A DNA stretch of 64,000 nt from a virus (taxonomy: Duplodnaviria > Caudoviricetes). A program made the position numbers and the translations under genes. Where the stretch lies: IMG/VR virus record IMGVR_UViG_3300025011_000016. One strand, 5' to 3'. The notes beneath the pieces were generated by a model. The model ran no database searches. It had not been told where the DNA came from and saw only the letters and a program-made list of their open reading frames with translations. This document shows, piece after piece, positions 10,301-20,794 of the stretch. Position 1 is the first letter of the stretch. Each line of letters opens with the position of its first letter.

Positions 10301-12014
10301 AGTAATTACTCATCAATAAGAGAGTTTCTTATTTCGATTTAAGGGATTTTTTTACCCACTCACTTGAGCCCTACTATTTAGTCGTTGAACCTTTCTCTGC
10401 TTAATAGTTATATTCTTTATTAATGTGATTCCAAAGTTTCCTATGCTTTATTGCAATAATTAGTGCGTAAAAACTATTATTTTCTTTCTTTTCTTTATAA
10501 CCATAAAAATTCATAATTTTCATCATAGATAACTTTTGTGTCAGCATATTACATATTTCTCTAATTGTTTCCTCACTATAAACATTATTATTGTTACTAA
10601 TTCCTCTACAATAATTATTCCCATGATCAACCGCGTGTAAATTATTTTCCGAATATGTTGTCCATTCCAAATTTTCAAAATAATTATTTTCAGTATTACT
10701 GTCTTTATGATTTACAATAATCCTCCCGACAGTTTCATCAAAACCTTTACAAAATTCCCATGCAACTAATCGATGCACACCTATATATCTTCTGACATTA
10801 TCATTATCTCTTAAATGTATCTTAACATATCCATTTTTATCTCTAAAATTAATTTTCCGTATTTTATCTTTCTTAATATCAAACACTTTCCCATAATTAC
10901 TAATCATATACCTATCTTTTTGTATATTCGGATAAGTAACTGGCCTGAATTCTTCCTTTTCCATAGCTATTATAATATGCATAGTATCGATTTCCTCCTT
11001 CTTTTATTAATTAGTTTAATTGAATGTATAATCTTATTTAAATATTAAACAGAGACTTGGCTGCGGATTGTCCAATTCTAAACATTATTATCTTAATCTA
11101 GGTTAATTACTCCCAGCCACTATTATAGAAATATAATAGTTTGATAGTCTAGACTCTAAGAGGTTCCCCGCAATTAAAGAAAATCCTATGTGATATCACC
11201 ATCACATAGCCCTAGTTAAAGGTGTACTTGTGAAAATACGTCCATATTGGGCATTATTCCTTTTGGCATTTTGAGAGGCTGTAAGATATGCTGGACCCGA
11301 TGCTTCAACTATAGTTTTAATAAAAAGGGTAAATTCAACTTCATCACAGTACTGAATCGGCTGAGTTGATCCGCGACCGATACCCTCAGCTCCTTCTACT
11401 GAACGAGCCGATGGTTTGGCAATTATTTTATTATTATTAGTTGGGTTGGAGAGAGATTTGACATTGTCGTCACCTTCTACTTTTTTACCCTCATCATTAT
11501 AAACAACTTTAAATTGTAAATATTTAGGTAATAAATCTCTCTGTTTTTTCATTCGCAACAAATTATCATTAGCATCCTCTTGACGCTTATTTAAAAACAT
11601 CATTTCTGAATTTGTTGTCCCGAACAAAAAGCTCCAATCAATAATTGCCAAAGCAGACTGTGTTTTACCTATTTGACGTGGAATTACCTCATATAAATCA
11701 ATTCCATTTAGGAAACACCAAGTAGCAGCTAAATTCGCCCTATTTAATTGATACGGAATTCCAGTTCCACCTTGATCTGGGATTAAACAAACTTCCCTTA
11801 AAAAATACCATGGATTAACAAGACACTCATTAATTATTCTGAATATTTGTTCGTCGGTTAAAAAAGGGGAGTATGGATCGACTCCCCTTAATGACATATC
11901 ATAGAGTTTCAAAAAGAACATATTATTCTTAATACCAAGTTGTCGTAAATCCATTGCAGTCTGTAGAAATGATATATTTCTGGTGTCTACATCATAATCA
12001 AATTTTCTAGCCAT
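7296..12014 (-). CDS. terL: Terminase large subunit, three exons (12014..11220, 10206..9428, 7779..7296), about 685 aa spliced
   Basis: Walker A PRQIGKT, Walker B YCDEVEF; junction FTSTP|GDLDT; nuclease FVGVDTS and HDDSIMS; junction REVM-M|SLLERH. Exon sum 2058 nt is a multiple of 3. Confidence 0.9.
7780..9427 (-). mobile_element. IStron-type element: group I intron carrying tnpB (terminase intron 2, 1648 nt)
   Basis: 5' flank ...TTATGAT; ribozyme core 9427..~9150 (TTAATTGCGGGAA, GGACAATCTGCAGCCAA, GGTTCAACGACTA, GAAGATATAGTC, GAAA-capped P9), then RBS + tnpB, ending ...ACACGACAG. TGT after P7 can pair with ACA before omega-G (P9.0); splicing restores the terL frame. Confidence 0.85.
7826..9064 (-). 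CDS. tnpB: TnpB RNA-guided endonuclease (IS200/IS605/IS607 OrfB family)
   Basis: KTFKTRIRPTKEQ HTH; RuvC I GIDLG, RuvC II VVDEF, zinc finger CSVC/CPQC, RuvC III DRDNNAAINI; catalytic D-E-D intact. Confidence 0.95.
   Translation of the reverse strand: MIKTFKTRIRPTKEQVTYLNKCFGYRRFVYNNTLEYFNKILEFNGNIVDKDLRKFFDKFDFITHIYSKKEKEPGFEWTGEYNKSIKNETVSDVNLAVNKFFKDIKNKQRCKLHFKRKIHGNGSFRIYIKQAAVKILDKNKFSFIINREYGHMELKTYEDISFLYHHEMKTMSISMENFKYYVSFTYEIDNPSHNHEKNTIGIDLGIHNPVVCFDGKDIINPKFPKGKIKKLEKKTDKLSEIVSKKKYDKRNPSKNYIKARTKLNDIHAKIVNIRMDYIQKVSTFLAKTYRNVVVDEFSFKDLLTESDGIKRINRGIHRVGAFTFTQVLKYKCRFYGSEYILAEPNSTITCSVCNHKVKTKMKLSQRVFNCPQCGHIDDRDNNAAINIYNTFKLSLLTNVNKDFAVGRTVQRT
10207..11219 (-). mobile_element. 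Group I intron with HNH homing endonuclease (terminase intron 1, 1013 nt)
   Basis: Core motifs flank the ORF, which lies between the Q and R elements (P6 region); omega-G at 10207; P1 is weak (CCT/GGG) but the frame gives TSTP|GDLDT. Confidence 0.85.
10401..10982 (-). CDS. NUMOD4/HNH homing endonuclease (I-HmuI-like)
   Basis: YMISNYGKV, VHRLVAWEF, VNHKDSNTENNYFENLEW motifs; AAGGAGG RBS inside the intron. Confidence 0.9.
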   Translation of the reverse strand: MHIIIAMEKEEFRPVTYPNIQKDRYMISNYGKVFDIKKDKIRKINFRDKNGYVKIHLRDNDNVRRYIGVHRLVAWEFCKGFDETVGRIIVNHKDSNTENNYFENLEWTTYSENNLHAVDHGNNYCRGISNNNNVYSEETIREICNMLTQKLSMMKIMNFYGYKEKKENNSFYALIIAIKHRKLWNHINKEYNY

Positions 12015-12032
12015 AAAGAGCCACCTTCTTTT

Positions 12033-13274
12033 TTATGACTCATATCCTTTTGGATATTTAATAAATACACCATATTGCTTTTCTTTGATCTGCATTTGTA
12101 TAATACGTTCTCTAGTTTTTTCAAGTTGAGTTTTAAGATTTATCAAAGTTTGTTTCGACTGCTTGACTTTAGTGATATCACCTTTATTAATAATATCAAT
12201 AGATGAATTAACTAGATCTAATTTATCATAGATTCTATCTAAGACATAAATGCGGTCGTCGTTATTTTGAATTTTGTCAACTTCAATTAGAATCATGTCA
12301 ATATCGATCTGACTAATCTTTTTGACATTACCCGCAACATCAAACCAATCAAGGAAGGACTCATTAACTATCTTAAGTTTAGTATCAATGATAAATTGTT
12401 CAGTTACCATATTTTTATAAGTATTAACATCCATACCAAAAAAAGCTTGTTTGATTGAATTAAAAACAACCCTAATGAAATGACTTGGATTTCTATATAA
12501 TTCGGTTTGTATAGCATGTTTTAGTTTATTCTTTCTAAATTCAAGTTCAGTGATATTATCAACACTCCATAGTATAATAGTTTTAACATCACCGTCCATT
12601 TCTCCAGAACTTCTATTAATCAAACTATTCCCTTTAGTTGCAATTAATTTAGTGATGAAGTTATCAAGCTCAGTTCCATAACCCATTTTAACAACAAAAT
12701 TATCTGCGATTCTCTCAGATTGTACGTTGGTATAATGGAAGTTCTTTGAACTACAAGCTTCGGCTATTACTAGATCAAATAATTTACGGATCTTATTGTT
12801 TTCACATAATTTCTTAACGGCATAATCAGTTTGCATTATTTGATAACGCAAAATAGAATTTACTCTTTGGGGAATAGAATTGGAATATACTACATGGCCG
12901 ATTTCATGTAATAACACAGCAGTAATTTCTGCTGGATTTGCATTGAGATTCTTGTCGTATAATATAATGGAATCAATCTCAACAAACCATTCTTTGTTAC
13001 CATTCCATATTTCAACAACAACATCAGCATGAGATTTTTGAGTTAGAATGGCATCAATCATTAAGTTGATAGTATTAATAGTTGGATATATATTCATACC
13101 AAAAAATTGATTCGTATCGTTCTCCACTATAGAGATATTAAATGTTAAATCAAATGATCTTTTGATTATAGTTGATATCTTTGATAAGTTATTAATAATA
13201 TCTACCTTGTCCTTTATAGCCGAAAAACATTTTTCAATCAGTAAGAAATCCTGAGACTTATTTCCTATTGTCAT
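12033..13274 (-). CDS. Zincin-like metallopeptidase, probable head protein
   Basis: LLHEIGH (HEXXH) plus ERIADNFVVKMGYG; lies between capsid and terminase. Confidence 0.65.
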   Translation of the reverse strand: MTIGNKSQDFLLIEKCFSAIKDKVDIINNLSKISTIIKRSFDLTFNISIVENDTNQFFGMNIYPTINTINLMIDAILTQKSHADVVVEIWNGNKEWFVEIDSIILYDKNLNANPAEITAVLLHEIGHVVYSNSIPQRVNSILRYQIMQTDYAVKKLCENNKIRKLFDLVIAEACSSKNFHYTNVQSERIADNFVVKMGYGTELDNFITKLIATKGNSLINRSSGEMDGDVKTIILWSVDNITELEFRKNKLKHAIQTELYRNPSHFIRVVFNSIKQAFFGMDVNTYKNMVTEQFIIDTKLKIVNESFLDWFDVAGNVKKISQIDIDMILIEVDKIQNNDDRIYVLDRIYDKLDLVNSSIDIINKGDITKVKQSKQTLINLKTQLEKTRERIIQMQIKEKQYGVFIKYPKGYES

Positions 13275-13362
13275 TTTTAAATCATCCTCCTAAAAAGTAA
13301 TAGTAAAACGAGAACTCTTCTTATAGAAGAGTTCTCGTTTTTTGCTTTTATACACACAAGTT

Positions 13363-15072
13363 TTAGGCTGTGGTACTGTAGAAGCCGTTGTTGGTCAAAG
13401 AGAATTCTCCTTGAATTGGAAGGACTTCCGTGGTCAAGTAACGGGCAGTTCCCATAATGTTTGGAGTTAATGGGGTCAGCGCGTTGCGGTAAATGTTTTC
13501 GATGTTTAAGCTGTATTTGTAATGCTTAAATGTAATGATTTCCTTACTTAATGGATAAGCGATTATCCTAAGGCCCTTAGACACAGCAACTTTCAATGAG
13601 CTAACAACATGGATTCGGTTTTTGTTCCCGGTCATGACACCGAAACTGTAATCCAACTGGATGCCGCCGATTTTCGTGTTTTCGTCAATTACCCATTTCA
13701 CATCATCTTGAATAAGGCTGATGTTATTCGGATTGCCGTATACAACAAACATGAGGTCCGTGGTTTTCAGCTTAGTTTTCAGCCGATCAATAAGACGATT
13801 AAGATTAAATTTCAACTCTGTGGCAATCCACGAAGAGTTCGTAACGAACACGTTCGCCGGAGGAATACAACTGAATGAGGAAGTTTCAACAAATCCTTCA
13901 GTGTAGCCGAAAGGAAGATTCTTTTTACCTGTCCATTTAGCGAGGCTGTCATCCATGAATGACATAACGGTACTGTCTTCGAACTGAGTTAAGACTTCAC
14001 TCATATCCGCAATGATCTCGGATGTGATATCCAAGTCAAGCAAAGCTTTGTTATCCTTAATTCGCTCAATAGTTAAACCAGTGTTGATTCTCTGTCCGTC
14101 AGGAATCTTCCACTCCATGGTTTCTCTTTCGCGATCGAGTTCGACAGTTTCCATGTTATTCTCGTTGGATAAATGGCCGCCAAATCTTACCTGAGTAATT
14201 TTACCAGCACTAGATGCAACGGATACCAAACCGGAATATTGATCAACTTGTCCCATGATATTGTCTTTGACAATTGCATCATTATCACCGGTGGCCGTAA
14301 CACTGAAGACAAATGAATTATTTGCTCCAAAGTTTGGTTGGATATTTAACCCTGATATGACTTTACTTACTGTCCCAGTTCCTGCTTCATCAGGAACTGT
14401 AATCTTGACAGCTTCAATACAGAAGTCATAAGCCAGCGAATCACGGGTTTCCATAGTCCCGCCTGATAATGTCATAATGGCCAGATCCTGAATAGGTAGT
14501 GTTCCCTCAGTTGGGTAAAACGCCGTGCTGATCAACTTACCTTTTGTTTTCTCAAGGACAGTTTTGTAACTGTCGTCGTAGAAAATATCTGGAATGTAAT
14601 ACTTGGCACCTGCTTTGTCTTTTAGGAATTTCCGCTCGAAGGCGTTTTTGATGATTGGTTTGGTTGGAACTTCGGTCATCACAATGTCTTTGGAATGACA
14701 CTCAATGAAGTTCTTTTTCAAAATAGGCAATGAAATGCCAACAATTGGTGACATATTACCGACAGACGATGCCTCTTTAATGATTTCCAAGGCGGAGTTT
14801 TCAAAAAGCTGTTCCAATTTTTGTGGCAGCATAGCGTAGTAAGGGTCCTCAAAACTTTCTTCTAAAACATCTCCAATGAGGCGTTGTTTATAATCTTCTT
14901 TAAGTGTGTCCACTTTAAGAATCTTTACGAGATCATCAATCGCGTCTACCGAATAAGCGCCCCGAAAACTTTCGAGGAGACTTTTCACTCCGTTTTTAAA
15001 ATCGGAATGTTTATCGACTGTAAAAGAGCCGATTACTGCTGTATGGTTTTTAGCTTCCAAGTATTCGTACAT
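13363..15072 (-). CDS. Major capsid protein precursor
   Basis: 569 aa, strongest high-expression codon bias in the window, late promoter 15106..15117, position beside prohead protease, probable N-terminal propeptide ending near IIKE|AS. Confidence 0.8.
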   Translation of the reverse strand: MYEYLEAKNHTAVIGSFTVDKHSDFKNGVKSLLESFRGAYSVDAIDDLVKILKVDTLKEDYKQRLIGDVLEESFEDPYYAMLPQKLEQLFENSALEIIKEASSVGNMSPIVGISLPILKKNFIECHSKDIVMTEVPTKPIIKNAFERKFLKDKAGAKYYIPDIFYDDSYKTVLEKTKGKLISTAFYPTEGTLPIQDLAIMTLSGGTMETRDSLAYDFCIEAVKITVPDEAGTGTVSKVISGLNIQPNFGANNSFVFSVTATGDNDAIVKDNIMGQVDQYSGLVSVASSAGKITQVRFGGHLSNENNMETVELDRERETMEWKIPDGQRINTGLTIERIKDNKALLDLDITSEIIADMSEVLTQFEDSTVMSFMDDSLAKWTGKKNLPFGYTEGFVETSSFSCIPPANVFVTNSSWIATELKFNLNRLIDRLKTKLKTTDLMFVVYGNPNNISLIQDDVKWVIDENTKIGGIQLDYSFGVMTGNKNRIHVVSSLKVAVSKGLRIIAYPLSKEIITFKHYKYSLNIENIYRNALTPLTPNIMGTARYLTTEVLPIQGEFSLTNNGFYSTTA

Positions 15073-15105
15073 AGTCTATAACACTTCCCTTCAGTTAAGT
15101 TTTTT

Positions 15106-15117
15106 TATTTAAATGTT
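15106..15117 (-). promoter_or_regulatory. AR9-type late promoter (capsid)
   Basis: Minus strand AACATTTAAATA. Confidence 0.75.
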
Positions 15118-15798
15118 TTAAGAATTAGCGATAAAAACATCTATTTTCTTAAGCATTTCAATATTTACTCTAAATGCCTCAGTAAAAAAGTTATATTGGT
15201 ATAAATTATTAACATATTTATTATTAGAAAACTTAAACACTATAAAATTATATATATGTCTTTTGATTAATACTAAATTGGAAAGAACTTGGGTAAGTAT
15301 TTTATTTATAAAGATATTTGTTTTATCAACATTGGATAGTTTACTGATAGTATTATTAGTTAGATTATACAAATTTATAAAGTCTGTCATAATTATGTTA
15401 TTCTTTTCATTCTCAGATCCATCTTCAGTATCTTCTGGTGTTTCTTCGTCTGGGTTATCAGTAGCGTCACCAAGATCGTCTGGATTATCTGAGTTTTCAT
15501 CACCACCTTCACCATCATCTTCCGTATAATCAGTAGTTTCGTCATCTGTAGTATCAGGGTCTTCATCAGTTTGAGGTTCTACGACTTCATCATCTTGTGT
15601 ATAGTCTGTTGCATCATCTTCTTCGGTATTTGGATCTCCATCACTATTAGTGTCAGGGGGGTCATCTGGTTTATCATCAATACTATCTGTGTAATCATCA
15701 GTTTCTTTATCAGGTTTAATCTGAATTGTTTTAGGAGGTTTTTTATTTTTAGAAGATATTCCAGTTTTTGCCTCCATCAATATATCCAAAAAGTCCAT
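15118..15798 (-). CDS. Acidic low-complexity head/scaffold-like protein
   Basis: D/E/T-rich centre with three TD(D)YT repeats and a helical C-terminus. Confidence 0.55.
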   Translation of the reverse strand: MDFLDILMEAKTGISSKNKKPPKTIQIKPDKETDDYTDSIDDKPDDPPDTNSDGDPNTEEDDATDYTQDDEVVEPQTDEDPDTTDDETTDYTEDDGEGGDENSDNPDDLGDATDNPDEETPEDTEDGSENEKNNIIMTDFINLYNLTNNTISKLSNVDKTNIFINKILTQVLSNLVLIKRHIYNFIVFKFSNNKYVNNLYQYNFFTEAFRVNIEMLKKIDVFIANS

Positions 15799-15818
15799 TT
15801 TATTTATAACCCCCTCAG

Positions 15819-17483
15819 TTAATCTAGATAATACTTTATTCTTCCTATATCATGTTCCAGTTTATGTTTTATACGCATTAGTTGATATTTCTTTTCTTTA
15901 TTTCGATCACCCCGAGCATCTTCAATCTTTTCATCACACATTTTTAATTCATTTTCTAATTCATGCAGAATCTCTTGTCTAGCATCACGATCTAATTTTT
16001 GATCAATCGCTATAGCTCCGAGTAATCCTATTACAGCTATAGCGGGGCTTACAGCAAATACAACACCTAAAGCAATACCATTTTTTAATATTTTAAATAA
16101 TTTGGCTTTAAACGCACCTTCAACAATCCGAGTACGTCTTTCATTTTTATCCATATCCTTAACAGCATTAATAGTATTACTAACAAGGGTATCTATGTGA
16201 CCTACAGTTCTTTTTGTGATATTAGGGGTACGCCCCAAATCCGATCCAATTTTTCGTGCACCATGAACTAATTTCTTAACACCCTCTTCATGTTTTAATG
16301 CGAGTTTACGGACAGTACTCTCTTCAAGTATAGCAGAATATTTATCAGAGGTTCTCATTAATTGATTAAAATTCTCTATAGTTACCTGAGATTCATTATC
16401 TCCAAATAATGTAATAAAACCCACACTGAATGCATGTTCTAATGTACCAAGTTCGTCATTATCATCAATAAATAATTCTGTATTAAATTCATCAGCGTCT
16501 TCTAAATCGTCGTCGAGATCTAAATCATCATCATCATAACCAATAATTTGACTACTAGTTGATAAACTTTCTTTTAGATATTTCTTCACCTGCGTAGTAT
16601 CAAGATTCTTTATTTTATAATCAAGTAATACTTTCTTAGCTTCAATTAACGATTGTTGATAATCATTTAATAATTTCTTTTTATTATCGTCCGATGGCCC
16701 TTTCTCAGTTTCAATTGATTGAATTTGTTTATTAATTACGGCTATATATGAATCTATATATTTTATGTTAATTTTATCGGAGATTAATTTATGGACTATA
16801 GCCATAGGTAGGCTAACAATCAATAATACTGATCCTGTCGCCAAAGTAACAGTAAGACCAATAACTAGTAATGTATTCCTAATAAGTATACCTACTAAGT
16901 GCGATGCGGTGACTTTACTTTTATTTGATTTAATATCCCTCAATAACTCTTGGTATTTATCCATAACTTGCGGTTCTGAATTTACATTCTGAATGATCTG
17001 ATCCATATCTTTATTAAATGAAGATTCTAATATAGGTTGAGGTAAGAAATTTAAATGTAAATTATATAAAGCTTCTTTCATTATATATGATGGATCTGTT
17101 TTGTTATTAATCAATGAATCAAGTAATCTTCCACATTCAGTTAATGTTGATATGAATTCAGGATTTAATGTATTTATACTCTCTACAGTTTTATATAGAT
17201 CAAATACTTTAGTTAATCCCTCTTTTTGAACTATCAATTCATTTAGAGTTAAATCATTTGTCTTTAATACAGTTAATAAGAAATCAGCTCCTGATCTGGG
17301 TTCTGAATAAATATATTGAGAATTCTCTAATATACTTTTTAAGTCCTGATGTCTAATGAAATCTAAGTATTTAATAGAATCTACAACACTATAATTTTCT
17401 TTTAATGAATCAAATCTTTGTTTAATTTGAGATGGTTTTTTAGCATCCAATATACGCTGGATATTAACATTCATCATCAACAC
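15819..17483 (-). CDS. Probable internal head protein (554 aa)
   Basis: Late promoter 17502..17513; acidic linker; candidate protease sites YLKE|S and ILEE|S. Confidence 0.55.
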   Translation of the reverse strand: MLMMNVNIQRILDAKKPSQIKQRFDSLKENYSVVDSIKYLDFIRHQDLKSILENSQYIYSEPRSGADFLLTVLKTNDLTLNELIVQKEGLTKVFDLYKTVESINTLNPEFISTLTECGRLLDSLINNKTDPSYIMKEALYNLHLNFLPQPILESSFNKDMDQIIQNVNSEPQVMDKYQELLRDIKSNKSKVTASHLVGILIRNTLLVIGLTVTLATGSVLLIVSLPMAIVHKLISDKINIKYIDSYIAVINKQIQSIETEKGPSDDNKKKLLNDYQQSLIEAKKVLLDYKIKNLDTTQVKKYLKESLSTSSQIIGYDDDDLDLDDDLEDADEFNTELFIDDNDELGTLEHAFSVGFITLFGDNESQVTIENFNQLMRTSDKYSAILEESTVRKLALKHEEGVKKLVHGARKIGSDLGRTPNITKRTVGHIDTLVSNTINAVKDMDKNERRTRIVEGAFKAKLFKILKNGIALGVVFAVSPAIAVIGLLGAIAIDQKLDRDARQEILHELENELKMCDEKIEDARGDRNKEKKYQLMRIKHKLEHDIGRIKYYLD

Positions 17484-17515
17484 CCCATTATAGTTTTTTA
17501 TTATATATTTGTTGT

Positions 17516-18436
17516 ATGCTAAAAAATAAAGACTTCTTTATAATCGGCCAGTATAAACATTATCATAATGAAACTGGTAATACTGAAAGGAGTAGATGTA
17601 ATATGTATAAACAACAAGTAGTAGCTTATTGCGTAATGGAGTCCACAATGGACCCTGTTAAACCAATAAATTTACAAGTCTTTGATCGGAATAATTCTTT
17701 CTTTTTAAGATTCCAAACATGTCTTCAAGAGTTTAATATACTAAATAGAAACAGACGTAAATATATTTTAGAACCAATGATGGAGTCATTACAAGCACCA
17801 CATATTAGTGAACTTATGCTTAAGCGATCATGGGCCGGTGAGGCTGGTCATCCTGATACAGATGAAGTTAAACGAATTCTTACTATAAATCCAAAATTAA
17901 CAAGTCATATAATAAATTCATTTAGTCTCAATGGTATTAAACTCATGGGTGAAATTGAAACACTCGATGATGGAATGTACGGAACTCAGATGACCAAAAA
18001 TATTCTTCAAGGTTTAGAACCGGCCTTTAGTCTAAGGGCATTAGCTCAATTAGCAAAACAAGGTGATGGTTCTCAAATAATGAGATCTAGAGCACATATT
18101 GTCACATACGATAGAGTTATTTTACCTAGTCATAATGGAGCATATCGTGATATGACAAAACCCATAGAAAAAATTATTAAGAATCTAGGAACTGTTGGCA
18201 ATACTATTACTGAGAATCTAACAGTTGCCGTAAAAGAATCTCAACTAATAGATTTCATTAAGATGGAATCCACAAATGTTAAATTAATATCTAATGTATG
18301 TGAAGTATCAATGGAATCAATGCAATTATCTAAAGATTTTAAACATGTTATTTTAAAAGAAAATGGTAATACATTCTTTGTAAATATTGATGATAAAATC
18401 AAACGTGACATTAATATGTTCATGAGTCACTTATAA
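17516..18436 (+). CDS. Prohead core protease (T4 gp21-like); real start probably ATG near 17582
   Basis: NRNRRKY, WAGEAGHP, PAFSLRAL, VTYDRVILPSH motifs; GGAG RBS before MYKQQ. Confidence 0.85.
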   Translation: MLKNKDFFIIGQYKHYHNETGNTERSRCNMYKQQVVAYCVMESTMDPVKPINLQVFDRNNSFFLRFQTCLQEFNILNRNRRKYILEPMMESLQAPHISELMLKRSWAGEAGHPDTDEVKRILTINPKLTSHIINSFSLNGIKLMGEIETLDDGMYGTQMTKNILQGLEPAFSLRALAQLAKQGDGSQIMRSRAHIVTYDRVILPSHNGAYRDMTKPIEKIIKNLGTVGNTITENLTVAVKESQLIDFIKMESTNVKLISNVCEVSMESMQLSKDFKHVILKENGNTFFVNIDDKIKRDINMFMSHL

Positions 18437-18519
18437 AATGAAATAATAGAGGTGGTGTAACTCCATCTGTATTATTTCATAATCGTTATTATAAACAATA
18501 CTATAAAAAAATATTATGA

Positions 18520-19488
18520 ATGGAGTTGTGTGGTATGAAACATATATTAACCTTTACTGTACCTAATGCGGATACAGTTACCGAGATACTGGGAGAATTA
18601 TTTAGATCTGAGGACGGTCCTTTTACTAGGACATATACTGATGATGAGTTCATTAATATCCAGAATATAATTGCATCTAATGATATTGAGATCATTTCCA
18701 ATGTAATTGATGATGTTGTTGATACTGATACTACAATTATTAGGGCCCGTAATACTGGTGTAGCGCATCGCAATGCCATAACAGTAGTCGACAAAATTCC
18801 AAAGATTACGATAACTGCCGCCGATCAGGCAGAGGTTGCAGGACTATTAACTGCTGTAGCGCATGGGATTGCTGTTGCTCCGGCCAATAGATATGGTACG
18901 GCAGGATCGAGTGCCATAGTAACAGTTACTCCAACAGTTGACAAATCGATAGATATAACCATTCCACGGTCTAGTAATGCAGAGTTTTACGACATATTTC
19001 TCTCAACTGATGTAGCTGGGCCATTGTGGGTTGCTCGAATTACTGAAGCTGAGCGTTTGGCCGGATGTGCTATTACAGCAGTAGGTGTGGTTGAAGCTGG
19101 TGGGGCTGCTGGTGTTGTAAATGTGGGAGCGGTAGGAACTGGTATTGCGAGCACCAACCTAATCCTAGTTCCTAACAATGGATATAGCCATACTGGCATT
19201 ACACCAGTATCGACTGTAGATAAACACAAGGCTTTTATTTACGTTAAATTGTCCGTAACCGATCTCAGGAGCGCTCCGGCTTTGAACATCGTACCATTTT
19301 TTCTAAATCAAGTTTCGGGTGAATATCATCAAGGCACATTAATAACTCTCAGATTGTCTGGTGATGGTGGTCAGAGTAATGCACAAGTTTTTGAAGTGGA
19401 TGTTGATGAGGCTGTAGAAATGAAGGTCCTTGTTGATTCGATTTTCGGACAAGGTGCGTCGGCCACTATTCATGTCGAACTGGTCTAA
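18520..19488 (+). CDS. Putative virion structural protein (Ala/Gly/Val-rich)
   Basis: Late promoter 18494..18505; beta-rich composition. Confidence 0.5.
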   Translation: MELCGMKHILTFTVPNADTVTEILGELFRSEDGPFTRTYTDDEFINIQNIIASNDIEIISNVIDDVVDTDTTIIRARNTGVAHRNAITVVDKIPKITITAADQAEVAGLLTAVAHGIAVAPANRYGTAGSSAIVTVTPTVDKSIDITIPRSSNAEFYDIFLSTDVAGPLWVARITEAERLAGCAITAVGVVEAGGAAGVVNVGAVGTGIASTNLILVPNNGYSHTGITPVSTVDKHKAFIYVKLSVTDLRSAPALNIVPFFLNQVSGEYHQGTLITLRLSGDGGQSNAQVFEVDVDEAVEMKVLVDSIFGQGASATIHVELV

Positions 19489-19580
19489 TATAAAGAATGA
19501 TATAAGTGATTTAAATCACTTATATCATTCTTTATGTATTACATTATTATAATAACTAAACGATAAGGAGTGATAAATTT

Positions 19581-20306
19581 ATGATGAATTTGAGTGAACT
19601 GATGACTTCTATAAAAATGGATCTGGGCATTTATGGATTAGCATTACCTTTTAAAAATGCAGATCAAGCTTTATATGATGTTATAAAACTAAAAACTTTA
19701 AAAACATTTAGTCCATTCAGCCCACAGATTTTTGAAATGGTTTTTGATCTAAAGACTTTAGTATGTTTAGAATCATTATATACTAAATCTAAATATGAAT
19801 TACCGGATATATTTGGGGATCGGCGTATATTATATATCCAAAATGTAAGTCCTCGAAGTAAATTACTTGGAAATGGTTATTTATCTCCCTCTTATGATGA
19901 TAATGTCGATTCGTATGAGGGGTTAATGATGACCCAAGCTAATGCTAATTTGGTATCAATGGCAGCACCAGCAATTACTTTCAAATTTGAATCTCCAAAT
20001 ATAATGTATTTATATAATTTTGCTACAAGTTATGGAGAAGTTACAATATCTTTTGCCGTCGAACACGCGCCCAATTTATCATCTATTTCAGCAACTACAT
20101 GGCAAACTTTTTATGAATTAGCAACTTTTGATATACAGGCATTCTTATATAATACATTAAAACATTATAGTGAAATTCAAACTGCATACGGTACTATTAA
20201 TTTAAAAATCGATGACTGGTCTTCTGCCGCTAGTGAAAGAAAAGATATGTTGGAGAAAATGAAGGATCTATTCCATTTAGATAATCTAGCTTTCTATGTT
20301 ATCTAA
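19581..20306 (+). CDS. Putative neck/head-tail adaptor protein
   Basis: 241 aa; AAGGAG RBS; layout reminiscent of T4 gp13-like proteins, family call weak. Confidence 0.4.
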   Translation: MMNLSELMTSIKMDLGIYGLALPFKNADQALYDVIKLKTLKTFSPFSPQIFEMVFDLKTLVCLESLYTKSKYELPDIFGDRRILYIQNVSPRSKLLGNGYLSPSYDDNVDSYEGLMMTQANANLVSMAAPAITFKFESPNIMYLYNFATSYGEVTISFAVEHAPNLSSISATTWQTFYELATFDIQAFLYNTLKHYSEIQTAYGTINLKIDDWSSAASERKDMLEKMKDLFHLDNLAFYVI

Positions 20307-20347
20307 TCTATAACGATCAACATTATAATAAAAAATAATTAGGTGGT

Positions 20348-20794
20348 GTGTTAATATTGGATTGTTTACAACGATTAATGGCTGCGCAAATATTATTTCA
20401 ACATAATCTAAAAATTTTACACTGGAACGTCATTGGTCTTGATTTCGATCCAGTACATGAATTACTTGGTGGGTATTATGAATATTTCAATGATCTTATT
20501 GATGATACTGCAGAATTTTGTAAATCATTGAGTGTTAATGTGATTAGTCTTCATGAAGCTATGGAAATTCTTGAGAATGATGATATTGCATTTATGAGTA
20601 TTAACGGTAGTGATTCATTTGTTTCTAAAGATTGTTTTGAAAAAGTTGGCAACATGTTTGATATTATGATAAAATTATATGATATGGCTTTCACATATGA
20701 TACTATTCCAGCATCTATCGTAAACAAAATGCAGGAATCTCAACAGTGGTTTAGAAAAGAGAGTCATTTCAAAAACAGACAACGTTTACGTTAA
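20348..20794 (+). CDS. dps: Dps-like ferritin family protein
   Basis: HNLKILHWNVIGLDFDPVHELLGGYYE...IDDTAE ferroxidase signature; late promoter 20319..20330. Confidence 0.85.
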   Translation: MLILDCLQRLMAAQILFQHNLKILHWNVIGLDFDPVHELLGGYYEYFNDLIDDTAEFCKSLSVNVISLHEAMEILENDDIAFMSINGSDSFVSKDCFEKVGNMFDIMIKLYDMAFTYDTIPASIVNKMQESQQWFRKESHFKNRQRLR

